IMG/VR virus record: IMGVR_UViG_3300037153_000232
Coordinates: 1-56,922 of that record
Strand: one strand, 5' to 3'
Source: a virus
Taxonomy: Duplodnaviria; Caudoviricetes
Length of the DNA: 56,922 nt
Under the pieces are notes generated by a model. That model did no database searches, was not told the origin of the DNA, and saw only the letters and a program-made list of their open reading frames with translations. Positions 17,551 through 27,290 of this stretch are shown here, one piece after another; the first letter of the stretch is position 1; each line of letters opens with the position of its first letter. Made by a program: the position numbers and the translations under genes.

Positions 17551-18402
17551 GTGTCAATAGTACCCGATTCCCGGGGGCGCGCAAGTGTCGCGTCTGTAAA
17601 CACTGCTGACGACGACTGGACGCCAGAGCAGAAGCTGCGCGGTGCCCAGCACCTGGCCGAGCACGGGTCGGCTATGGCCACCATCCCGACGTCGATCTTG
17701 CTCGATCCGACGCTGGGCGACGCGCTGAAGGTGGTGCTGATGACCATGAGCACCGTGGCCGACCACGACGGCTTCCTGACCGTCAGCCAGGCCGAGCTTG
17801 GCCGACGCCTGGGCGTGAGCCGCCAGGCGATGTGCGCGCACATGCAAGAGGGCGTCGAAGCTGGCCTTATCGAGCACGTCGGGGCGACCTGGCGCGTGCG
17901 CTGGATCGCAGCCATGTGTCAAGCAGGGGTTGACAACCGCAACCCGGGGTTGACACCTGACCGTCAACCCCAACTTGACACTGTTAACTCGGGGTTGACG
18001 TCCTCACGCGCACGCGTTAAGTCCCCCACTACTACTACGTCTACCAAGTCCCTTGTTGTTCCTCTTACTGATTTAGAGAGAGACAAGGTGCGCGAGCGCT
18101 ACCTGGGCAAGCCGTTCCCGTCGGTCCAGCTAGAGGAGCAGATCGACCTGGCGCTCAGCCATCCAGCGGCCAAGAAGTACCCCACCAACCAGATCGGCTA
18201 CGTGATGAACTGGATGCGCCGCACCGCGCAGGAGCGCCGCGAGCACGAGGCCCGAATGGCCACCGAGCAGGCGCGCCTGGAGCGTGCCAGGACGCCGTAT
18301 GGTGGCGCGGTGACCGAGCCGACGCTGAAGTTCCGCAACATCCGCGACGTCGTGGGCCAGCCGTCAGAGGAGCATCTGGAGAACGCGAGATTCGCCTCGT
18401 GA
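17551..18402 (+). CDS. Phage replication initiator (N-terminal HTH, lambda O-like architecture)
   Basis: VSQAELGRRLGVSRQAM HTH, internal iterons, directly upstream of DnaB. Confidence 0.75.
   Translation: MSIVPDSRGRASVASVNTADDDWTPEQKLRGAQHLAEHGSAMATIPTSILLDPTLGDALKVVLMTMSTVADHDGFLTVSQAELGRRLGVSRQAMCAHMQEGVEAGLIEHVGATWRVRWIAAMCQAGVDNRNPGLTPDRQPQLDTVNSGLTSSRARVKSPTTTTSTKSLVVPLTDLERDKVRERYLGKPFPSVQLEEQIDLALSHPAAKKYPTNQIGYVMNWMRRTAQERREHEARMATEQARLERARTPYGGAVTEPTLKFRNIRDVVGQPSEEHLENARFAS
17917..18000. repeat. Four tandem ~19-bp palindromic iterons (putative replication origin)
   Basis: TGTCAAGCAGGGGTTGACA, CGCAACCCGGGGTTGACA, CGTCAACCCCAACTTGACA, TGTTAACTCGGGGTTGACG; an AT-richer tract follows. 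Confidence 0.8.
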
Positions 18403-19937
18403 CTACCAACGGGGTGTTCCGCACCGACGCCGATCTCGAAGCCGAGACACCCGACCGAGAAGACCGATCCACGCCGCCGCATTCCGACCAGGCTGAGGTG
18501 GCCGTGCTGGGGTCGGTGCTGAAAAACCCGTATGCCGTGCGTGAAGTCGTGGACATCGTGGAGCCACGCGACTTCTACTCGACGCGCCACCAGGCCATCT
18601 GGAAGGCGGTACAGGCGCTGGAAAGCGAGGGCACGCCCATCGACTACCACCTGCTGGGCGACAAGCTGCACCAGCAGGGCACCTACGACGCGGCGGGCGG
18701 GCTGCTGTACCTGAGCGAGATCAACCTGGCTACGCCGACGTCCGCGTTCATCACGCACTACGCCAAGATCGTGCTGCGCGCCAGCCTGCACCGCCGCCTG
18801 ATCTCGCTGAGCCAGGGCCTGGCAGAAGCCGCCTGGCTCGACCGCAAGTCACCCGAAGACCTGATGGCCGAGATGGAAAAGCGCATGGCCAAGCTCAACC
18901 TGCGCGCTGTGGAGGACGACGGGGTGGACATGGACGCGGCCACCGACGAGGCACTGAGCGCGCTCGACATCCAGATCAAGGCCTTCGCGGAGCACGACCA
19001 CACCAAGTCCGAGTACATGGCGGGCTACAAGACGGGGCTGATCGACCTCGACCAGGCGCTGCTGGGCATGAAGCCAGGCGACCTGATCTACCTGGCGGCG
19101 CGCACGTCGGTGGGCAAGAGCATCCTGGCGCAGCAGATCGCCATGCACGTCGCCAACCATCGCGGCGCGGTGTACTTCGCCAGCCTGGAGATGACCCGCG
19201 CCAAGCTGATCCATCGCGCCATCACCATGACCACGGGCATCCCGCGCCACGAGCTTGCCCGGGGCAACCTGTCCGATCAAGATCGGGCGGCGGTCGAGCG
19301 CTTCGCGGATCGACACCGTCAACTGCGGATGCGCTGGGACACCACCTCGCGCACCGTCGAGCAGATCCAGCGTCGGGCGCTGCGATGGGCGGACCAGATC
19401 GGGGAGCCGCTGGCGCTGGTGATCGTGGACTACGTGCAACTGCTGCGCGACGCGGCAGGACCGCGCTCGAACCGCTACGAGGACGTCAGCCTGGCCAGCC
19501 ACAACCTGAAGGAGATGGCAGGGCGACTGGGCTGCACCGTGTTCGCGCCCGCCCAGGTCAGCCGTGACGTACTGAAACGCAAGAGCAAGATGCCCGACCT
19601 GTCCGACCTGCGCGAGAGCGGTGATCTGGAGCAGGACGCCGACATCGTGCTGGCGCTCGACCGCGACGACTACCACGACAACACCGTGACCGACCAACGC
19701 GCCACGCTGGGCGTGCTCAAAGCCCGCGACCTGGCAGCCGACCGTGGTCGGGGCACGATGATTCGCCTGGTCTGGTTGCCGAAATTCGAGCGCTACGGCA
19801 ACGCCGAACGCGACCCGAACAACGTGGTGCCCTTCCGACCGCGACCACTGCTGCATGACGACCTGCAAGCGCAGATCACCGACGCCGCACCGTCCGACGA
19901 GCCGAGCACGCCCGATGGAGATCCACTGCCGTGGTAG
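18399..19937 (+). CDS. dnaB: Replicative DNA helicase DnaB-like
   Basis: PPHSDQAEVAVLG, AARTSVGKS, SLEM, VIVDYVQL and DLRESGDLEQDAD. Confidence 0.95.
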   Translation: MTTNGVFRTDADLEAETPDREDRSTPPHSDQAEVAVLGSVLKNPYAVREVVDIVEPRDFYSTRHQAIWKAVQALESEGTPIDYHLLGDKLHQQGTYDAAGGLLYLSEINLATPTSAFITHYAKIVLRASLHRRLISLSQGLAEAAWLDRKSPEDLMAEMEKRMAKLNLRAVEDDGVDMDAATDEALSALDIQIKAFAEHDHTKSEYMAGYKTGLIDLDQALLGMKPGDLIYLAARTSVGKSILAQQIAMHVANHRGAVYFASLEMTRAKLIHRAITMTTGIPRHELARGNLSDQDRAAVERFADRHRQLRMRWDTTSRTVEQIQRRALRWADQIGEPLALVIVDYVQLLRDAAGPRSNRYEDVSLASHNLKEMAGRLGCTVFAPAQVSRDVLKRKSKMPDLSDLRESGDLEQDADIVLALDRDDYHDNTVTDQRATLGVLKARDLAADRGRGTMIRLVWLPKFERYGNAERDPNNVVPFRPRPLLHDDLQAQITDAAPSDEPSTPDGDPLPW

Positions 19938-20539
19938 CTGCCGCCGTCGATCTCGACAAGTACCGCGCCTCGATCTCCAAGCAACTGGAGATGCCGCTGG
20001 CGCGCCTGCTGCCGCTGAAGACCGAGAAGGTCGTGCTGGCCGAGCAGCGTGCCCGCGTGGACTACGCCGAGCGCTGCCTGTGGGGCGCGTCCATCGTGAT
20101 GAGCGTGGTGGGCCTGACGCAGCGCCACCGGGCCGCGCCAGGCGAGCCGCAGGACGAACTGGAGGTCGCCTGGTGGCACCTGTACGACCTGCTGGAGGAG
20201 ATCCGCGCCACCTGGCCAGACGATGAGCGCGAGGCCTACGACGACGACAGGCCAGCGCGACGTCGGTCGGCCTACGCCGAGGTCACCAAGAAGCTCAAAG
20301 CGGCTGGCGTGGCCTGGGAAGGCTCCCCATACGCCGTCGAGGAGCAGAGTCGGACCGACGAGTGGCCGCGCATCCGCTACGACATCGAGGTCTGGTACGC
20401 CCGCGAGCTAGGCTGGCTGCGCGTGCGCGACCCGTTCACGGGCGAGTGGCACGAGATCCAGGCCAAGGACGCGCCCTTCTCGTGGCGGCGCGAGGCGCAC
20501 GACCGCAAGGCGAAGGCCAAGTTGGAGCGCGGCCAGTGA
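19931..20539 (+). CDS. Hypothetical protein
   Basis: 202-aa ORF. Confidence 0.6.
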   Translation: MVAAAVDLDKYRASISKQLEMPLARLLPLKTEKVVLAEQRARVDYAERCLWGASIVMSVVGLTQRHRAAPGEPQDELEVAWWHLYDLLEEIRATWPDDEREAYDDDRPARRRSAYAEVTKKLKAAGVAWEGSPYAVEEQSRTDEWPRIRYDIEVWYARELGWLRVRDPFTGEWHEIQAKDAPFSWRREAHDRKAKAKLERGQ

Positions 20540-20746
20540 AGCGTGCCTTCCTGATCGGCGCGGGCATCGGCGTGCTGATGGCGCTGGTGCTGCTGGTCCT
20601 CGCGCTGTGGGCCGACGAGCGCAACACGCGCTTCTACCAGTCCACCGAAGCGCGCTGGTGGCACGGGTGAGCGTCTGGTTAGCACTGTTGACGCTGCTGG
20701 TGGCGCTTGGCGTGATGCTGTACATCGCCCTCTCGACGCCGAACGT

Positions 20747-21346
20747 GTGATGCGTAACCTGCTGGGCGAGCCGCTCGACACCGACCTGCCGCCGCCCCGA
20801 CCGCGCCTGCGACAACGTCGGGCACGCCCCTTCGACCCGAACGATCCGCTCACCTGGCACGAGGTGACCGACCTGCAACCGCGTCTGAAGGAGCGCCTGC
20901 GTCTCGGCGCGTGGGTCGCCTGGCACGTCCGCAAGCAGGGCGACCACGCCAACTGGGGCGACGAGCGGCGCGGTGCCAAACGCGTGGGCATCATCGAGGC
21001 GGTGCCCTCCGACGCCGCCTTCGGCGTGCTCGACTGGTACTGCGTGCCGAGCTTCGGCTCGTGGTTTGGCCCCGACAAGGCGCGCAACACGACGCCCGAG
21101 AACGTGCTGTGGATCGAACTGAAGGCCGAGCGCGGCAAGCTCAGCGAGCAGCAGGCCGAGCACGGTCTGCGCCTGGCACGCGCTGGCCAGGAGGTCGCCG
21201 TGCTGCGCCCGCGCCACTTCATGGCCGACCTGGGCAAGCCCGACCTGGCGTTCATCCGACTGGCCGAGCACCAGCGCCCCAACGCCTGGTTCGACACGCT
21301 GGTGCAGCCCGAGTGGAGCGTCGCGGAGGTGCTCCGCAACCTGTAA
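20747..21346 (+). CDS. VRR-NUC-like PD-(D/E)xK nuclease
   Basis: GVLD...LWIELKAERGKLSEQQ. Confidence 0.75.
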   Translation: MMRNLLGEPLDTDLPPPRPRLRQRRARPFDPNDPLTWHEVTDLQPRLKERLRLGAWVAWHVRKQGDHANWGDERRGAKRVGIIEAVPSDAAFGVLDWYCVPSFGSWFGPDKARNTTPENVLWIELKAERGKLSEQQAEHGLRLARAGQEVAVLRPRHFMADLGKPDLAFIRLAEHQRPNAWFDTLVQPEWSVAEVLRNL

Positions 21347-21385
21347 GCGAGTACGTTGACAGTCCTAGTGGCTTGACGCTAATAT
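21343..21385 (+). promoter_or_regulatory. Promoter with operator-like site
   Basis: GTAAGC-N6-GTTGAC; TTGACA(21356)-18 bp-TAATAT(21380). Confidence 0.65.
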
Positions 21386-21395
21386 CTCTGGCACC

Positions 21396-22397
21396 ATGCA
21401 AGCCTATGGACAAGCCATCGAGGAGCAGGCGGACCTGTTGCGCCACGTGCGCACCATCGGTCAGACGCCGCAAGCCACCTCGCGGTACGCCGACCACCTC
21501 TACAAGGGCGTGATCGACTCGTACCAGCCAGCGCTGAAGCACATGATGCTGACGCTGGAGACTGCCGCGCCGTTCTACTGGGACGTGGACCTGTGCAGCG
21601 TGCTCGAAGCCGCCGCGCCGACCATGCCCGACTGGGAGCTTCACTTCGAGAACCTGCCCGCGCAGAGCGGCTTCATCAACTTCGGGCGGGCGCTGCACCT
21701 GCCGATGCCGCCCAAGGAGACGATCACCGAGGCCATCGCTAACGGCCGACGCCGCGCCGACCTGCCGCTGGACTACCGCCTGGACATGACGGGCATGGCC
21801 TGGAGCGTGGTCGAACCTGGCCAGTGCTTCATCTCGACCATCCTGCGCACGACCACGCGCCTGAACGGTGAGCCAGGCCTGATGCACATCACCGACGAGG
21901 GTCAGTCGATGCAGGGCATCATCGCGGTGCTGGCGGGCGTGCGGCGCAACGAGGCGCTCTACTCGGGCGTGGACGCCGAACGCGACAGGCTGCACAACAC
22001 GCTGATGGCCACACGCGCCGAGCTTCAGGTGCGCTACATCGCGGCGGCGCTCGACTTCATCAACCAGCCGCTGCTGACCACGCGCAAGCGCCTGCCGCCG
22101 CACCGCGTCATCCGCAAGCGCATGGAGCGCGCTGGGCGCGTGGTGCAGGACGTCGAGGTGATCGAGCTTCGGCGCAAGCAGTACCTGAGCGTGGACGAGC
22201 CAGACGAGGCCCCCACCGACCGCGAGTACCGTCACCGATGGTTCGTGGGCATGGCCACGGGCGGCTACTGGCAGCGCTACCACACCCGCGAACGGGGCAC
22301 GATCCGCCGCCTGATCCTGCCGTACATGAAGCTGGCCGACAGGACCGACCTGCCCATCAAGCAACCGCGCCAGACGGTCTACGTGGTGGACCGATGA
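21396..22397 (+). CDS. Conserved phage hypothetical protein
   Basis: 333 aa; C-terminal HRWFV...GYWQRY...ILPYMK motif. Confidence 0.65.
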   Translation: MQAYGQAIEEQADLLRHVRTIGQTPQATSRYADHLYKGVIDSYQPALKHMMLTLETAAPFYWDVDLCSVLEAAAPTMPDWELHFENLPAQSGFINFGRALHLPMPPKETITEAIANGRRRADLPLDYRLDMTGMAWSVVEPGQCFISTILRTTTRLNGEPGLMHITDEGQSMQGIIAVLAGVRRNEALYSGVDAERDRLHNTLMATRAELQVRYIAAALDFINQPLLTTRKRLPPHRVIRKRMERAGRVVQDVEVIELRRKQYLSVDEPDEAPTDREYRHRWFVGMATGGYWQRYHTRERGTIRRLILPYMKLADRTDLPIKQPRQTVYVVDR

Positions 22398-24093
22398 GCA
22401 AGCACGACAGGCGCGACGACACGATGCGCAGCGCCTTCCTCGCCGCGCTTCAGGCCGACTTCGAGGCTTACAAGAAGGAGGTCAACGGCACCGAGATGGC
22501 TCCATCGAGCAAGTACACGTACAACAGCATGGCCGAGCAGTTCGTGCGCTGGTGCCGCGACGAGTTCCGCCCCGGGCAGTACGTCGCATGAGTGAGCCGA
22601 TGTACCACGCCGTGCACGAGACGTTCGAGACGTGCTTCCAGTGCGGCCTGCCCGTGGTGCGCCTGGAGCCGCCGCTCCAGGGCTGGACCTATTACTGCGC
22701 GGCGTGCCAGGCGATGGTTACCACGCGTGCCGACTTCGAGCGCGCTGCCAGCGAGCCGACCGAGCCTGGCCAGATCGGGCGCGTGGTGGCCTGGCCGCTG
22801 GCCGAACCGCTGAGGTGGGCATGACCGACCCCGCGCTGCTGGGACGCCTGCGCATCCTCGAAGGCAAGCTCGACCGCCTGACCGATGCGTTGATCGAGCT
22901 TCAGGGCGGCACCGAGGCCATCAACCGTCTGGCCACGGCTGTCGAGCGCCTGACGGCTGCCGTCGAGGAGCAGACCGAGATCACCGAACAGGCCGAGCGC
23001 AGACATGCCTGACAAGACGCTGTGGCGCTACGTGCCGCCTGATGACCTGCGGCAACGCCTGGCGTGGCACGAACTGGAGATCGCCAGCATCAAGCTGACG
23101 CTGGACGCCGTCGAGCACGGCAACACCGTCATGCTGGGCGACGGGCCGCACGGCGAGATCCTGTACACGGGCAAGACGCGCCGCAAGCCGTTCAATGGCA
23201 ACCATCCGTGAGGCATCTGGTGGCCGAGGAGCATGGCGAGCGCACGGTGTGCGGCCTTCCACCCACGCTTGACGACCAGCGAGGACTGGAAGGCGGCATC
23301 CACGGGGTGGACTGCACCGAGTGCCGTCGTCAGGTGAGCGAAATCGTCAAGGAACTGCTGAAGGCGCTGCGCTCACCCGACTAGACACGCTTGACGCATA
23401 TGTGACACACTTCCCCGAGGAGGGCATATTGGCCGACCACGACGACGACGGCGAGGGTATGACGCTGGACGACTTCATGCGCATGATCGGCGCGTCCCGC
23501 CCACATAGCGTGGAGGAGGAGCACGAGCAGCAGCAGGCGCGTGAGGGCATCGAGCGAGCGCATCTGGCCATCCACTCGGCCATCGAAGCCGAGTACCGAG
23601 CGCTGTGCGAACGCTGCCTGACCACCGACGCGCTGCGCGACCAGCCCGACCTGAGCGTCGAGACGGGCGGGCGCGGCTACGCGCTGCACTACCTGGCGGC
23701 GCGCATGGCGGGCGTGCTGGCCAAGCACATCGGCAACGGCCCCAAGCAGGAGTTCGAGGCGCAACGCCTGGAGCACCTGGCGTCGATCCAGCGCTGGATA
23801 CCCGTGATCGCGGGAGCCGTGGTCAAGGGCGGGCAGATAGACGACGTGCTGTCGTGGCTGAGCCAGCACGACAAGTGATCGCGCAGCGCGTCATCTTCGC
23901 CACGCAGGACGGCTGGCGACGCCAGCGCGAGCGCTGGATCATGTGGCTCGCCTGGCACGTGCCCAAGTGGCTGGCCTACTGGTGCTACATCCGCGTTGCA
24001 GCTAACGCGACGACAGGCGAGTGGTCTGGCAGCGTGCCCGACCAAGTCTCCATCATGGAAGCCCTACGGCGCTGGGACGGGCGTCGCCTGTGA
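22394..24093 (+). other. Cluster of about 7 short coupled hypothetical ORFs (22394, 22588, 22821, 23005, 23208, 23459, 23875)
   Basis: ATGA/GTGA overlaps; several carry CxxC motifs. Confidence 0.55.
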
Positions 24094-24096
24094 GCG

Positions 24097-24615
24097 GTGG
24101 ACCAGACACTGATCGAGCGCGCCAACGAGATGTTCGGCACGCGACGTACCTGGCTGCTGGGCGGGCGGCGCTATGCCATGAGCGGCGCGGACCCGGGCAG
24201 CATCTGGTACATCGACCTGAGCCTCAACCCACCTTTTTGCTCATGTCCTCAATACATGTACCGCTGCACGGGCACCGAGATGTGCAAGCACATCGTGTTC
24301 TGGTACGCCTTCGGGTCGTTCTATGAAGCTGTGCCAGACGTGCGGCCAGGCCGACCGATACCCGAACGGGCGGTGTCGCCCGTGCAAGCGGGCACGCGAG
24401 CAACAGAGGCGGCTGGATCACCCCGAACTGAAGGAGGCCGCTCGACTGAGGGGCCATACGCATCCCGAGCGGAGGCTGGAATCGAGCAAGCGCTGGATGC
24501 GCGCCAACTGGCGACGGCACCAAGTGATGACCAACGCCTCGCACGCGGTGAGGCGGGCGCTGCGCTCGGGGAGGCTGACCAAGCCAACGGCGTGCGAAGC
24601 GTGCGGCGCGGGTGA
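24097..24615 (+). CDS. SWIM zinc-finger protein
   Basis: FCSCPQYMYRCTGTEMCKHI (CxC...CxH). Confidence 0.7.
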   Translation: MDQTLIERANEMFGTRRTWLLGGRRYAMSGADPGSIWYIDLSLNPPFCSCPQYMYRCTGTEMCKHIVFWYAFGSFYEAVPDVRPGRPIPERAVSPVQAGTRATEAAGSPRTEGGRSTEGPYASRAEAGIEQALDARQLATAPSDDQRLARGEAGAALGEADQANGVRSVRRG

Positions 24616-24793
24616 CCGAGTGATCGAGGGCGCGCACAAGGACTACGCCAGGCCGCTGGACGTGCGCTGGCTGTGCCGACCGTGCCATCGAGCCTGGGAT
24701 GCCCGCGAGCCGAAGAGCGTGCGCCTGGTGACCTGCAAGAAGTGCGGGCAGACCTACGTCTACGGGACCGAGCATGTCTGTCCTGGCAACTGA
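24323..24793 (+). CDS. HNH-like endonuclease / zinc-finger protein
   Basis: CEACG...EGAHKDYARPLDVRWLCRPCH. Confidence 0.75.
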   Translation: MKLCQTCGQADRYPNGRCRPCKRAREQQRRLDHPELKEAARLRGHTHPERRLESSKRWMRANWRRHQVMTNASHAVRRALRSGRLTKPTACEACGAGDRVIEGAHKDYARPLDVRWLCRPCHRAWDAREPKSVRLVTCKKCGQTYVYGTEHVCPGN

Positions 24794-25349
24794 GGTGACG
24801 ACGCTGTACTCGGACGGCGGCGTGGTGGAGATCAACCCGTCACCGATAGCGGGCACGTGGGCCTGGTGCGCGACGAACGTGATGGGCTGGCGGATCATCG
24901 AGGACTCGGGGTTCATCCTGGCGCTGGACGGGCCGATCTCGAACAACCAGATGGAGTGGGTCGCGGCGATGCAGGCGCTGGAGGCGATGCCTGACGGCTG
25001 GTCTGGCACGCTGACGACCGACAGCAAGAACGTGCTCGACCGCCTCGACTACCTGAAGCGGCATCTGGGCTTGCCCGCCAGCCAGGTGATCGTGCCGCGC
25101 AACCTGCCGTGGCAGTGGTATCGGCGCATGGTGACCAGCCTGCTGCGCCTGGGCGAGGTGCGCTTCCGCCACGTGAAGGGCCACCCGACCGCCGCCGACC
25201 TGAAGCGCGGCTTTACCGACAGTGGACGCCCCGTGTCCGACCAGCAGGTCTGGTGTGACGCTGAATGCAATCGCCAGGTGACGCGGGCGCGCCTGAGCAA
25301 TGGTGGAGTGAAGCTGGTGGAACGCTACCGACTGACGGGCCGCACGTGA
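24774..25349 (+). CDS. Ribonuclease HI-like protein
   Basis: LYSDGG, SNNQMEWVAAMQAL, TTDSKNV, FRHVKGH and WCD motifs. Confidence 0.9.
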   Translation: MSVLATEVTTLYSDGGVVEINPSPIAGTWAWCATNVMGWRIIEDSGFILALDGPISNNQMEWVAAMQALEAMPDGWSGTLTTDSKNVLDRLDYLKRHLGLPASQVIVPRNLPWQWYRRMVTSLLRLGEVRFRHVKGHPTAADLKRGFTDSGRPVSDQQVWCDAECNRQVTRARLSNGGVKLVERYRLTGRT

Positions 25350-26092
25350 TCGAACCGTACTACGTGGACGAGCAGGCGAACATCACGCTGTACCAGGGCG
25401 ACGTGCTGCGCATCCTGCCGCTGCTGCGCGCCTTCGAGGTGCTGCCCGACAAGGTGATGACCATCACCGATCCGCCCTACAACGTCGGCATGGATTACGG
25501 CGCGGGCTACGACGACAACCGCGACCTGAGCGAGTACGCCGCCTGGACCTACGAGTGGTGGGAGGCCGCGCCGCAGCCGATGCTGGTCACGCCTGGCGCG
25601 GTCAATCTGGAGATGTGGCTGACGCTGGTCGCCTACCCGACCGCCATCATCCCGTGGATCAAGCCCAACCAGAGCAGCCCGTCGAAGCTGGGCGGCTTCA
25701 ACGCCTGGGAAGCCATCCTGCTGTACGGCAAGCTGCCGCGACGCCTGGGCCACGACGCTTTCGTCATGAGCATCGGCCCGCAGGCCGAGGTGCAGGGGCG
25801 CAACGGCAAGAAGCACCCGTGCCCCAAGTACCTGCCGTTCTGGACCAAGTTCATCGGCAACGTGTGGGCCGACCCCTACGTGATCTTCGACCCGTTCGCT
25901 GGCTCGGGCACGACGCTGCTGGCCTGCAAGCGCCTGGGCATCCCGTGCATCGGCATCGAGCTTCAGCCGCACTACTGCGACCTGATCGTGGAGCGCCTCC
26001 AGCAGGAGGTGATCGCCATGCCCGAGGTCGGCGTGGACGAGTCGGTCAACTTCCGTATGCAACAGCAAGCGCTGGCGTGGGAGGCCGTGTGA
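25346..26092 (+). CDS. N4/N6 DNA methyltransferase (beta class)
   Basis: ITDPPYN precedes HPCPK and FDPFAGSGTT. Confidence 0.92.
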   Translation: MIEPYYVDEQANITLYQGDVLRILPLLRAFEVLPDKVMTITDPPYNVGMDYGAGYDDNRDLSEYAAWTYEWWEAAPQPMLVTPGAVNLEMWLTLVAYPTAIIPWIKPNQSSPSKLGGFNAWEAILLYGKLPRRLGHDAFVMSIGPQAEVQGRNGKKHPCPKYLPFWTKFIGNVWADPYVIFDPFAGSGTTLLACKRLGIPCIGIELQPHYCDLIVERLQQEVIAMPEVGVDESVNFRMQQQALAWEAV

Positions 26093-26451
26093 GCGTCGCC
26101 ACCAACCCGTCGGGCAAGCGTGCTGACGGCACGCACTGGCAGAGCGACAAGGAGGTGTGCGTGCGCGGCCACGACCTGCGGCCGACCATCGACGGCACGC
26201 CCAACGCCAACGTGCGTCGCCACCCCGTCACGGGCACGCGCCAGTGCGCCGAGTGCGCTCGCCTGCGCGCACGGCTGATGGTTCGCCTGGCCACGGCGGT
26301 GCGCTGGTGGGAGCAGCACTGCAAGATGTGCCAGCGCTGCCCGCGAGGCCGCTACTGCGACGAGGGCAAAGGCATCCGCCGCATGGTCAACGCCCGCATC
26401 CAGGCGGTGTCGGCGGCGGGCTTCGACGCCAGCGGGCTGATCGGCGTATGA
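26089..26451 (+). CDS. Zinc-finger protein
   Basis: CVRGH...RQCAEC and HCKMCQRC...YC. Confidence 0.6.
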   Translation: MSVATNPSGKRADGTHWQSDKEVCVRGHDLRPTIDGTPNANVRRHPVTGTRQCAECARLRARLMVRLATAVRWWEQHCKMCQRCPRGRYCDEGKGIRRMVNARIQAVSAAGFDASGLIGV

Positions 26452-26874
26452 GCGAACAGACGCCAGAGACGACCTGCGACGTCTGCGGGCGCGTGGACGT
26501 CTGCCGCACGGCGACGACCGCCTCGCATGGTCTGCGCAGGCTGCCGCAAGCAGGCCAGGACTGGCTGACCCGCACCTACGGCCAGGTGCCAGCGGTGCTG
26601 TGCTGCACGTGCTTCCTGCCCGCGCTGGGCGGGGCCAACACCGCCGCTGAGATGGCGAGCCAGGTGTGACCTGGCGCAACGCGTGCAGCCCGCCACTCAC
26701 GTTCCACGAGCGCGACCTGGCCTACGCACATCAGGTCTACGTGCGCGCCATCAAGTGCTGCGAGATGTGCAACGAGTGGCTGCTAGTGGCCGAGTTCGAC
26801 GCCTGGGGCGTCCAGCCGTGTAATGAGTGTCAAGAGCAAATCGAGCGCCGAACACGGGCGCGCTGGAGGGAGCC

Positions 26875-27042
26875 ATGCCTGGCAAAGGAACGAGCAAACG
26901 CAACCCGCACGGGAAGTCGATCAAGAACCCCGCGACCTACGATGCGCTCAGGCGCAAGGGCATGAGCAAGACGCGGGCGGCGATGATAAGCAACGGCGTG
27001 CTGCACGACGGCGTGGCCAAGGGCCGACACCGCAAGAAGTGA
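26875..27042 (+). CDS. Small basic protein (DUF7218-like)
   Basis: SIKNPATYDALRRKGMSKTRAAMISN; GGAGG SD. Confidence 0.55.
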   Translation: MPGKGTSKRNPHGKSIKNPATYDALRRKGMSKTRAAMISNGVLHDGVAKGRHRKK

Positions 27043-27263
27043 CCGAGCGCGACCGTCTCGAAGCGCTCAGCCTGGCCTGGGAGAAGCAGACTGGCAACGA
27101 CAGCATCCCGACCATCGAGCGCGTCTACGAGCGCACGCCGAACGGCGCGTACCGCTGTGTCTGGCCGAGGTGCAGCTTCGCCCGCCGCGACGCGGTGCGG
27201 ATGTGGCGGCACGTGCACACCGCGCACGGCACGCCCAGCCTGCCGCCTGGCGTCAATCACTAG
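27039..27263 (+). CDS. C2H2-type zinc-finger protein
   Basis: YRCVWPRCSFARRDAVRMWRHVHTAH. Confidence 0.6.
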   Translation: MTERDRLEALSLAWEKQTGNDSIPTIERVYERTPNGAYRCVWPRCSFARRDAVRMWRHVHTAHGTPSLPPGVNH

Positions 27264-27290
27264 CGGCGCGCCGCTACACTTGGCGCGGCC

